From Paraspadella gotoi (taxonomy: Eukaryota > Animalia > Chaetognatha): a stretch of DNA of 64,000 nucleotides. Where the stretch lies: assembly GCA_051294375.1 (NCBI GenBank), contig CM119269.1, positions 7,545,446-7,609,445 of the forward strand. The letters run 5' to 3'. The position numbers were made by a program, and so were the translations under genes. The notes below the pieces were generated by a model, which saw only the letters and a list, made by a program, of their open reading frames with translations, was not told the origin of the DNA and did not search any database. Within the stretch, counting starts at the first letter, position 1. Each line of letters starts with the position of its first letter. This document shows positions 40,301-51,759 of the stretch, one piece after another.

Positions 40301-43300
40301 GGGACTTTCATCTCAGACTTTGAAAATTTCAGAGGCCATGGAATCTCAGAGTATTATTACATCATCGCGAGCAAAACCTTTATTAGCATCGGTAGTACAG
40401 CCCACGCCACCTCCTCCATCTTTGGTAGCTCCAACGTCGCCCACTGTCGACCCACGCCAGCGAAGGTTAAGCGAGGATTCTACCAGTAGCGATTCAGCCG
40501 AACGATCTACCCATGCTGGAACAACCAGCCCTCTTCGTCGGAAACGCGTTGCCCACACGCCGAGGCGCAAACTCACCTCGACCTCGTCGATGCCGCCGCC
40601 GCCGCCGCCGCCCGAGTTTGACGTCGATCCCGAATTCGACGAAACTGACGTCGATCCAATGTCGACAGAAGCGACGACGGTCAAGGGCGTCGTTCCCTTG
40701 AGCCACGCCCCCATGGACATTCGAGTTGATATGGACGAATTCCGGTTGGCGCTGAAAGAAGTCCGATCTTTAATCAGTCTAATAATGGAGCCGCGAGTCG
40801 TTCCACTTTCGAACTTTCTGGGCACCGACGACGTGATTCAAAGGGTGACACCCGAAAAGGAAGATTTAGACGTTGCATCCAATGAAGAAAATATGACAGA
40901 TACGTCAGGCATTAATAAAACGAATTTTGCAAATGAACAGGGCAATAATTCTAATGAGGAAATGGAAGCAAAACTGAAACACGAAAATAATAATGTGAAA
41001 CAGACCTCTGAACATCTAACGCCCTTGGCTGATGAGCTCATTGGTCCAAGCGACATAGGAAATGACGCGACCATTGACGAAGCGATGGAACTTCAACCCC
41101 CAGAGAAACTGTCTAAAAATAAATCTGATGAGCAAGAAACCCGAATGGAGAATAATGGGGAAATAAAAAGTAAAACCATTATGGAAACACAAATAGAACA
41201 GCCTCTAGAACTCTCAATTGAACCAGACGAGGGAGAACAAGAGGGAACCCAAGAAGAAACCCATGAGACAGACCAAAAGCGAATACAAGAGGAAGACCAA
41301 AAGGGAACCCAAGAGAAAGACCAAAAGGGAACCCAAGAAAAAGACCAAAAGGGAACCCAAGAAAAAGACCAAAATGGAACCCAAGAGAAAGACCAAAAGG
41401 GAACCCAAGAAAACGACCAAAAGGAAACCCAAGAAAACGACCAAAAGGGAACCCAAGAGGAAGACCAAGAGGGAACCCAACAGGAAAACCAAGAGGGAAC
41501 CCAAGAGGCAGACCAAAAGCAAGCCCAAGAAGAAGACCATAAGGAAACCGAAGAGGAAGACCACAAGGGAACCCAAGAGGAAGACCACAAGGGAACCCAA
41601 GAGGAAGACAAGGAACCACAAAGGGAACCCAAGAGGAAGATCAAAAGGGAACCCAAGAGGAAGATCAAAAGGGAACCCAAGAGGAAGATCAAGAGGGAAC
41701 CCAAGAGGAAGACCAAGAGGGAACCCAAGAGGAAGACCAAGAGGGAACTCGAGAGGAAGACCAAGAGGGAACTCGAGAGGAAGACAAAAAGAGAACCCAA
41801 GTGGAAAACCAAAAGGGAATCCAAGAAGAAGACCAAGAGAAAGATCAAGAGAACACCAGAATATACAGCGGGGGAAGGATCACTCGAAAAGGTTCCCTTC
41901 GATCGGCTCAAAAACTCGTTGAAAAGCCCCAAACATCTAAAAAAAATACTAAGAAAAAGGGAAAGAGGAAAGGTCCAGTTCGTTCAAATATCAGCAATGA
42001 GGTCATCAAAGCGAGTGACAAAGCAGAGGAAACGATTAAAAAGCAAGAGGCGCACCGCAATATCGATCCAGATGTTAGGGAAGGAACTAGGGACGTCGTG
42101 AAATCGAGATCATCAAGTCTTACGGACAACGAAGACGCTTTCCTCCGCGTTTCAAAAGTCTCGTCGCACGCGCTTCTCTATGAGTCAAAGTTCGATAAAA
42201 AGTTCAATACAACTCACGAATCTTCTTGCAAGATTTCCTCTGCGGCAGCCGCTCCTTTTTCCGGCGCTGTCGCTTCTCGTCTTCGCTCTCGCAGCCACGA
42301 ACTTCCCTCAATGTCGGATCTCCTACAAGATCTTCCTCGAAAGACCCCCTCTCGTCGTTCGACGGCCGTGGACGAAACGGACGATTGGACTCCCATGGAT
42401 CGCGTCGCCGTTTTGCAGCCTTCCTTTTCGCCGGCGTCGCTCGACCTCCCCGCCGAGGATGAGATGGAGGAAATCGCAATGGCCCTGGAATCGCCGCCTT
42501 CCAGTCGCGAGGATGAGCCCCCCGAAGTATCGGTCGACGATCTCTCTGACGGCAGCGGCGCCTCTGCTGAGGTTGAAGGTTCAAAGAAGAGAAAAATAGA
42601 GTCGCCTACGAACGAACGGCCCCCAAAACGGGTCTCCCGTCGTTCACCCGTCGAAATGACGCCGGTGCCGGAATCGGATGTCGCAGCAGCGGTAGAAAAT
42701 GCAGAGGCTTCGAAAGAGTCCGACGCCGTTCGTCCGGCGAAGCGGCGCAGCGCTCGACTCACGAATGTTCCCTACAACTGCAAAGACGGGTCGACCAGTT
42801 CCGATTCTGCGGAGACAATCATTCGGAAACTCGCGGAACCGAGTGCGCCTATCGTTGCAGAATCGACAGAGAGCACGTCGCCGGGTTCGATTAAGACTGA
42901 GCGCCGTTCAAGCGCCAATTCCGACGGGTCTGTTTCCTCCCACACAGCTCCAGAATTGGCGGGGTCGGAAATTAAGGAAACTTCACCCAAGATGGACGCC
43001 TCAACATCAGTGACTCTATCTTGCGAAAGCGACGACGACGAAGAAGTGATTGTGCGACGAGTGAAAACTCTCAATCCGAGAAGATCCCTCGCTCGTTCCC
43101 CCTTCGCCTCAAAGCGTCGCGCCACCGACGCACCGTTTCCTCCCCCGTCACCGCCTTCGCCGTCGTCCTCGTCTCCGTCGAAATCCAGTATCGTCACCCG
43201 ATCGCGATGCCGTTCCTTCGAAACTCCGGCGCAGGAAGTGACGGAGGAAAGTCTGCTGGCGGCGCGGGAAGAGTTTCGACGCCTCGGCGCTGACGTCCTC

Positions 43301-46047
43301 TGCACCGAGTTGGACGAAGAGATTCGGGTTCCGGCGTTGTCGGTGTCGCCGCTCAAACCGGTCCTGGTCCGGGACGCGGCGTCGACGAAGAACAGAAAGG
43401 GAGCCAAGGCGTTTGTCGCGAGGTCGTCGATATTGAAGGTGATAAAGGGACAGTCGCCTAATTCGATCGCGGTTAAAGCCTTAAAATTTGGGAATGCGAC
43501 GAAGCAATCCTCTACGATAACTTCAACCGCATTGGATTCCGTCTCCCTGAAGACTTTTTCCAAAGCTTCATCGCCCGCTTCTTTGGCTTCTAAGTTTGCT
43601 TCAAAGGCTGCAAGGCCGAATTCAAAGGCTGCCAGGCCCACTTTGAAGGCTAAATCCAACACTTCAAACACTTCGACTTCACCCCAATCTTCTATCTCCT
43701 CGAGTTCCCCTCCCGCGACAGTTTCCTCATCCTCAACCGCTTCTTCCCCCGCCTCTTCCACGATCTCGACGTCCGTCGTCTCGGACGTCAAGCTGGTTCC
43801 CAAGCGCCGCCCGGCCGAGTTTATACCCAAACGTCGCGCCAACGTCATCCAAGCCTCCTCCAAATACTCCACCGAAGACTTCCTTCCGCCCGACGAGACT
43901 GCGACTCCAATCTCGTTCGCGGATCAGATCCAGGCGAGATACGCGGAAGCCCTCGCCGCCTCCGTCGAGACTTTCTTAGACGACGAAGCCATCGCAGAAC
44001 TCGCCCGTCGCGTGGTGGAGATGGCGGCAGGCGCCTCAAAAGCCTCACTCGTCGACGTCTGCTTCAAGTTTCTTGTCCATGCGTCTAACTTTACAACGCC
44101 CAATCAGGTTAAGAAATTTATTTTAATAACTTAATTTTGATAAAAGAATACAATCTGTCGGTTTCACCGACTTTTCTGTCCATAGTTGACAGGAATTATT
44201 AATTCTTATTTATCAGATGTCGCTTTCGATGACCCTATCGGGGATGAAGAGTCATTACGGTTCCCCGGCACACATATCGGCTACCCCCGCCACTACAATC
44301 ATTTTCCCACAACCTGCTCGACTTCCGCTTTTATTAACGCCCCTCGAGATCAACGTAGTGCGGCTCTTGTGGCGATTAGACGGTGGAACGCCTGAGTCCA
44401 AATCGACCGCCTCGTTAAAAGATCACCCGTCCTATCTCCAGTTCTTGGGCGCCTGTCATCAACGACTCTTTGTCGTGGGCGCCGAGGAAGAAGCATCCAC
44501 CCACCTTATGCAGGTTGTCTTATTGATTTTCGAGTGTTAAATTTAGTTTGTTTTTTTTAGGTAGAAAATGAATAATTTGTTGACGTACGAGTTTTATTAA
44601 ATGTTTTTTAAAACTCGTACGTCAACAAAAAATTTTTCGACCTAAAACAATTAACGCAACGAAATGAAAGGAAAACAAACAGTTGTTTTTTTAATAATAA
44701 TTGTTATTAATTCTCTCTTATTTTTATTCCAAAAGCGATTGATCCGTGTGGCGACGGCGATCTACCTCCGACTCGGGGATTCCGACTCTTTCGCATCTTT
44801 CGTCTTCGATCTCCTTCAACCAATGCACCGACTTCTTCACAATAAACTCCCTCTCTTCCTCCTTCCAGCCATTTCCCTCTGGCCCCACTTACTTCTCAGG
44901 TTCGATAGCGATGCTCTTCTTGGCCACTTGCTTTTAGTCTAAATAATTTTTTAGCTACTTTAAGGCATTTTATTTCTTTTATTTACCTCTAGTACAACAA
45001 ATAGTGAGGCCATATCAAAGATTTCCCCTCTCGCGGCGACGGTTCGTCACTTGGTCTCATCCAAGTTGCTGCTCGAGGCCAAAAAGCAAGTCTCTCCTCC
45101 GGCAAAGTAAGTAGTTTTTAATACTCGATCGCGTATCTTTAATTTAATATATAAATAAAATTCGTTTTTCCAGGCCGATGCACGATTTTTTCCACGAGTG
45201 GGTATTTCCCATCTGCTTGACTGCGCCCGACGTCAACGGTTCTAACTTTAGCAAAGGGACGTTTACCCAGTCGATTCTCTTAAACGTGATCCTTAACCAG
45301 CACGTAGAATTGGGAAACTTGGTCGTCGTCACAGAGGTTGGTTTTTTCTACGTCCTTCTCAAATTTCGAAGAAGACGATCTCATCTTATTCTTATGTTTT
45401 CTTCCTCAGACCGACGTGGAACTTTCCCAGAAAGGCGCCGAGTTTCTCAAATGCCTGCAGTTGATCGCCCGCCAACAGGCCTGGGGTTGGGTTTCTTCCA
45501 TTCTCCTCGAGTCGTTTTGTCTGAAGGAATTGGAAGAACTTGGACTTGAGACAAGTTTTAAAGAGGAATTCGGTGAGATACGTGTTTTTTTATCATTTTT
45601 TATCATGTCTTGGTTTTAACTCATGTTTTTTTTTTCTTGCCAGCCTTCGCTTTTCCTTCGACGCCTACCACCCCCGCCCCATCGCAGGACACCCCCGGCT
45701 ACCGACGCGCCCTCTTTCTTCTCCACGCCGTGCCCCATCTTGTGTCGGCCCCGGCGACGGGCCAACCGGGCGACGTTTCGCTCGTCGCCACTCGACTATG
45801 CCACGCCCTGACGTCGTCGGCCCGTGGCACTTCCTCGTGGGAGGCGCGCCTCGTCCTCGTTAACGCTCTTCTCCACTTTCTCCACCTCAACGCGGGAAAG
45901 AGAAAGGGCGCCGTAAATCCACGCGTCGCTGATGCCGTTCACAAATGGTCCACCGCTAATGCAGAACTCTTGCGAGCCTTTTGTCCTTCGCGACTCAAGG
46001 ACCGACTGACCAGAAACGAGAACAAATGTATTGTGAGATTTGTTTAG
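37329..46047 (+). CDS. ICE1: Little elongation complex subunit 1-like; frameshift near 41609 in this sequence
   Basis: N-terminal CxxC coiled coil CHDCERL...LKKKILHTDVLI (cf. human CQGCASL...LKQKIINTDNLL), very large disordered middle exon, helical C-terminal domain (LQLIARQQAWGWV). Start could be ATG 37329 or 37405. Confidence 0.65.
41240..41850 (+). repeat. Coding 24-bp tandem repeat (GTQEEDQK)n, about 25 units
   Basis: Consensus GGAACCCAAGAGGAAGACCAAAAG. Confidence 0.95.
44548..44650. repeat. Intronic inverted repeat with a perfect 21-bp stem
   Basis: TTTGTTGACGTACGAGTTTTA (44576-44596) / TAAAACTCGTACGTCAACAAA (44609-44629), plus imperfect outer arms. Confidence 0.9.
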
Positions 46048-47277
46048 GAAGATTGATTAGATAGAATTTCTTTACTGCTTTCTTCTCGTTTTCCGATTCG
46101 CCCTCTCTTCTATTTGTTAAAAGTTAAAAGTTTAGCTAAAAGTATTGAGTTTTTTAATTTAATTATTCCTTTAAAAAATCGTTCGATCAATTTCACGTTT
46201 TTTCGACGGTTCAACCTGACTGTGATATTTCTTTTTTCTGCAATAGATTGATGCTGATGAAATTGTCGACTCATAACCGAAAAAAACTTTCGAAATTTTC
46301 GTTGGAAAGTAATTTAGCTAACAGGAAACCAATTATTTGGCTTAGCTCTGTAGCATTTTTTAGAAACAGGTAGATGCAATCCATAGAGAATAAACGTAAT
46401 TTTTCATCAGTCTAAACAACAACAACAACTGTAGCAGAATAATTTGTGGTTCACAACCACAAATTTTTTAACATAATTTAATTTTAAATGAATGTTCACA
46501 TAATTTTTTTTCGTCTGTAAGTGAAGCGTGACGCATAGATTGTTGAAAGTTCAACGTCAAAAATAAAAATGGCGAGAGATATGGAATTAAAAAAAAGTAG
46601 GGAATCGTCAAAAATTGACAATATGACTGAGGTTGAAAATTTTCCCTTCCCCCCCCCCCAACCAAAAGTCTATCACATGAGCTTCTAATGTAAACAATTT
46701 ACGTAGTCTTGTCGTGTTAAAAAAAAAAACTACAACAAAGAGGAGAACTTCGTCATGGCCGAAAAACTTCTCCCCGTCCGCATTCCCATCGCATTTCACA
46801 ATAGATTCATCGAATCGCGAAATTCGAAGCGACGAATCAAGAGACCGAGAAATCCCAGCCCTGCGGTTTTTTTTTCTCTCGTCGCCTCCGACTCTTTCGT
46901 CTCACGTCATCCCCGCGTTATTCGCGCGTCGACGACTTTGAAGTGGGAATCCAAACTCGGCGCCGAGACGAGATGGAATCCGGTAACCGTTCCTGCCGTA
47001 CCGGGAGTGTTACAGCTCCTGGATCCGCGACGCTCGGTGGAGTCCAGGTCCACGGGAATCGCGGACCGTCTCGTGGTGACGGAGGGCAAAGGCAGGCATT
47101 CCTTTTCGACGGAATGTTCGAGAAAGATTATCGGGAACAAAGGGAAAGAAAAGCTATCGAGAAATCGCATTTTGTTAAACGCCAAATGATTGTACAAAGG
47201 AAGCCTCGGATTATGTAATATCAGAAATAAGCGAAAAATAATAAATTCACTTCTGGAAAGTAACCTGAGCTTTAACT

Positions 47278-50200
47278 ATGGGGCGATTTCGCCTCTTACT
47301 GTCGCTGTTGACTATTGTGGTGGCGTCGACGATGGGAGCGGATCCCCAATTTCACGCCGTCCGCCAAGGAGACATCATTGAGATCGGCAAAGACGGGAAA
47401 GGAAAATGTGAATACGATGGTTCAAACCCCAACAGCCCCGTTTGGCTCCTCAATAAAGGTTCTCACCTGAAAGGATGAACGTTATCATTAACCAAGGTTT
47501 TAATATTTAATTTTAGAGGTTGCCTCATCATTATTAATATTATTATTTTCCAAGGCTTAAGCACTTCCGTCACGGTTTCCAGCGCCACCGATAAATTTCC
47601 CTCTTTCGAAAAAACTACCGACATCACGGTGACCAAAAGCTGGGACAGATACGTCCTACGAATCGACACGAAGAACACCACTTTGGCCGGGAAATATACT
47701 TGTCAACATTCCAACATTCACTCCAACATTTATCACTACGTCACCGTTTTGAGGTATCTTTGAAGACAGAATGGCAGATTGTTTAGTTTTTGTCGGTCTC
47801 CCACACACACGTCAACCTTTCCATATTTATCTCGCAGTGACGAGGTCAAATGTCGAATCAACAAAACGGAAATTGAACTGGGGAAAGAATTTGTCGCCGA
47901 GTGTGTCGTCCAGGTAAACTTAATAATAATAATCTAAATAATGACAATAGTAATAGAAATGCTATCTCTCCCTCCCTTTCTGCAGATCTGGGGTACACAA
48001 GGAGGGAGTCATCGACCGACGATGTCTGTCTACTCGACGAAACAAAACAACAACACGCGCGTCAACGAATCCACCGCCGCAGAGTTCGAGGAAAAGTGGG
48101 AGGGCGAGTTGGTCTACGTCGTCCGTCGCAACATCACCAAGGAAGATCACGGCAAGGTGCGAGGGATTTCTTCCGACGGGAAAACGGATTGAGATCAGGA
48201 GTAGGGAATTTTCTAGTGAAATCTTTAGCTTACATTTGCTAATTTTGTTGTTACATTTGTTAAGCAGAGGGTTTTGTTTTGATTTTATTTTTTGTTTCTC
48301 TGCAACAATTTTGTTGATTTCTTCCCAGTTCTTCCACTGCAACATGGCCTCCATGCCTGGTTGGCCCAAAGGCCGTTCCTTCCCAAAATGCGAAACTAAA
48401 ACTGCGATGGTCGTCAACTATCGACCCGAGTTCGTCAAGGCGCTCAACGCCTCCTTGGATCGCTGGTTCATCGGCGAGACGATCCAGGGCGTTTGCGAGA
48501 CCGTCGGGCGTCCCAAGCCGACGCTCACTTGGCGAAAGAACGGAAAAGGATTCGGAGCGGGCGACGTTCCAAAGATGGACGTCGAGGTCACCAAGGATCT
48601 CAAAAGTCTCAGCTGCTTCGCCACGAGCAATTTAGGGCAGGTGTGTGTGTGTGTGTGTGTGTGAATACTTGTGTGAATACTTGTGAGAATACTTGTGTGA
48701 ATACTTGTGTGAATACTTGTGTGAATACTTGTGTGAATACTTGTGTGAATACTTGTGTGAATACTTGTGTGAATACTTGTGTGAATACTTGTGAGAATAG
48801 TTGGGGGAGGGGGGGGGGAAATTGTCTTCATTGACCAATGACCAAATCTTCCGCCAGAACATATCGACGGTGAACGTGACGATCCTTTACCCACCGGAAG
48901 TGACTTCATTGAGAGTCGATCCGGACAACGTTCCGGAAAATCAGTTGACGGAAGTGCATTGCGACGTGGAACCGCAACGGCTCAAGAAGTTCGTCGTCAT
49001 CAAAATGTTTTGGGTGGAGAACGGAAAGATGGAAGAGTTCAACAAGACCACCGTTAAAGGTTAAAAGAGAGGGACAGATTCCAGGAAGTAATGAAAAGAA
49101 TAGATTGAAAGAATGAATATTTTTTTTTAATAGCCACACGACAAATGAACCGGAAAAGGTTCATGTGCGCCGCTTCCATAACCTCCAGCAACGGCACAGT
49201 CAAGTGGAGCAACAAGACGACGGCGCCGATTTACGTCAGCTTCGGTCCGGACGTCAGATGCGAACCTTTTAAAGTCAAGCCTTCAACCGGGGATCACGAG
49301 GTGCTAGAGTCCGCGTCGTCATTAAATAACCTCGTTGACGTGAATCTAATATTTAAGAGAATGACTTGAAATCAAAATGAAATGAGAATTATTTCTTTAC
49401 GTCCGTTTACTATTTGCTTCTTCATTCCGCGTTTTAGGTGACCTGCTATTTGGAGGGAAACCCACGTCCACGCCTCAACGACGCCGAATGGCTACTCGGG
49501 ACCAGGGAGATACAGGAGGTGACGCAGTTTAAGGACGGAACGTTCAAGGTTCGCCTCCCGCCGATCTTGTTGTAAAATATTTCCCTACTCTGGCTCCAAT
49601 AATAAAAATAAATATCACTCAGGTAAAACAAACAGAAGAGGCTTACGCCGTCAAATCCATCCTCACGATGAAAGCCGATTACATTTACGAAAAGCAATCC
49701 GTCTCTCTCAACTTTTCCATGAAAGCGGTAAGTTCAGCAATTGCCTAAATTTTATTCTGTTTGTTTTGGTTTTCATTAATTGTTTTCTTTTTTCGTACAA
49801 ACGAAGAGAGGAATCGCGGCGCTGACGAGCCGACAACGATTGAAAGTCGTCTTCACGCCCGACGCCGATATGATGAGGCGAAAGGCGTTACAGGCGGACG
49901 TCGGCGTCGCCGGTGGCGCCGCCCTTGGCGTTATTTTCTTTCTCAGTGAGTCCCTCGGGCCGGGGAAAAAGGGGGAAGGGAGATTAAAGAAGATCCTTCG
50001 CTTTAATTCATTCCTCCATTTGCAATCTCTTCGCCTTCCACTTTTAGGCGTATTGGTTTTGGTGACTTATTGCGCGCGGAAGAGATCTTGTTGGACGGAA
50101 TGCATGGAACCCGACGGAAAACCGGCCGTTGTCACCACGGCATACACGGGGACCATCGATCGCCATGGAGGCCCGAGTCATCAAAGTAGGACTATCAATT

Positions 50201-51024
50201 TCCACGTAGTTTCCTTTTTTTTTTTTTGCCTCTTAAGTAAAATTCTGTTCTTAGATACTAATGGAAACGCAGTCGTGGCATCGGCAAACGGGAAGGAAAC
50301 TGGTAAGTCGGTTTTATAATAACAAATATTGACATTTAAACTAATAGTATGAACATTCCCCACGGTTATAGTTGATCCGTCGATTAAACCAGAGCGAACC
50401 GTCGAGGCGGCGCCACCCGGTGCTCACCTCCGGGCGTCGTCGTCGTCGGCGAAGAAATATAAACCGGCGAGCGTCGAACAAGACGCCGCGAAAAGAATCT
50501 CGGCGCAGTCCTTGCCTCCAGGGCCGGCGCCCGTTCAAACGTCGACGCCGGTGAAGACCTCGACCGCGATTCCGTCGAAACCGAAAGAAACGGCGGCAGC
50601 GGCGGTACCGGCGGCGGCGCCGTCCCCTTCTCGGGCCAGCGTTAAATCGAAACAGACGTGCGTGGTTCCGCCGACCGAGTTGTACAGTCAAATCGACTCT
50701 AGAAACGAACCTCAATCTTCTTCGGCTCGAGGCGGCGTTCTCGCGGCGAAGAACGCCCTGCCCTCGAGCGCCAAGATCGTTCTTCCTCCAGGCAAAGCCC
50801 CCGTGCCAGACGGGGGCAAGCCCGGGTTTCCCCCGCGGAAGCCCTCAGTCCCTGGAGCCGACCGTGAGCAACTGAATCCAATCTTTGACGGAAACTCGCC
50901 TCCCGCGATCAAGAACAGTAACAACAACAACAACGGAATCAAATCCCCGTCGGCCAACGAGAAAGAGGCGGAGATGGAAATTTACGGTCACAAAGTTTTG
51001 CCGGCAATCGGGACTCGATTTTAA
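47278..51024 (+). CDS. Ig-superfamily type I membrane adhesion protein (nectin/echinoid/nephrin-like)
   Basis: Signal peptide MGRFRLLLSLLTIVVASTMGA; Ig motifs (AGKYTC, C...GRPKPTLTW..., CYLEGNPRP); TM near 49900-50075; Pro-rich tail with LYSQI and a PDZ-type end GTRF*. Confidence 0.8.
48641..48799 (+). repeat. (GT)n microsatellite plus 12-bp minisatellite (GTGTGAATACTT) x11 in an intron of the Ig gene
   Basis: Direct reading; the first GT is the splice donor. Confidence 0.95.
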
Positions 51025-51235
51025 AAAAAAGGGACAGATCGTTATGTTGTTGTTACTGATTCTTTAAAAAAATTTTCTCATTTCATTTTGGGTATAAAAT
51101 TCATTCAATTTTTCGGCAATGTTCTGCTTTGTCAAATGTTGTAATATATTGTAAATACATTCGTGTTATTATGAATAAATTTAATTTCATAATGGAGAAG
51201 GCAGTGCGAGTACAAAAAAAACAAACTTTTTTTTG

Positions 51236-51275
51236 CCAGATATTTCGACTTAATTTTCTAAGTCATCATCAGTGG
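51236..51275 (-). ncRNA. Minimal type I hammerhead ribozyme (Penelope-type), core intact
   Basis: Minus strand: CCA-CTGATGA-T-GACTTA-GAAAAT-TAAGTC-GAAA-T-ATC^TGG; stem I CCA/TGG, 6-bp stem II, palindromic ATAT mini stem III. Confidence 0.75.
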
Positions 51276-51759
51276 TATCAAATAACAAGAATAAAGTGAA
51301 AATACGTGTTAATTTCAGAATTTAATTATTCCATTTTCGTCGATAGTTCTTGTTTGACCGAAATACATAATTCGGTAATTTTAAATTAATAATACTATTA
51401 TTAATTAATAGAATAGTATGCGGTGTTAAGTTCCATCTCCAGCCTTCGTTTGTCTTTTGTCTCTCGAAAGGAGGCACCAAATGTCTCCTCGCGCCAAAAC
51501 GAGGCCATTCGTTTTGACGAATCGATTGCTCGATTATAGAAAAAAATATTGTTAATTACTTATATAATGGTTCTCGTTTATGATACAATTAGAATTATCT
51601 ACAATTCCACTGAAAAGAACTTTACATCACTAGTTTGAAATAATGTCAATCCCCTCTAACATTCAGATATTATAAAACTATCAGTTATACAACAAAAAAA
51701 AACGTTTCTCGGTTTTCGATTTCTTTGCACGAGTTTTGATCTTCGACGCCGACTGGGCG

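Noticed and set aside
41240-41850. Regular 24-bp repeats as a CRISPR array
   Set aside because: Tandem units with no unique spacers, inside a eukaryotic exon; no cas genes.
41093-43872. Long antisense ORFs (also 32506-33201, 22761-23513, 3596-4198)
   Set aside because: Shadows of low-complexity or GC3-rich coding sequence on the other strand.
48418-48909. ORFs with IHTS/VNTC/YSHK repeats
   Set aside because: Translations of an intronic minisatellite.
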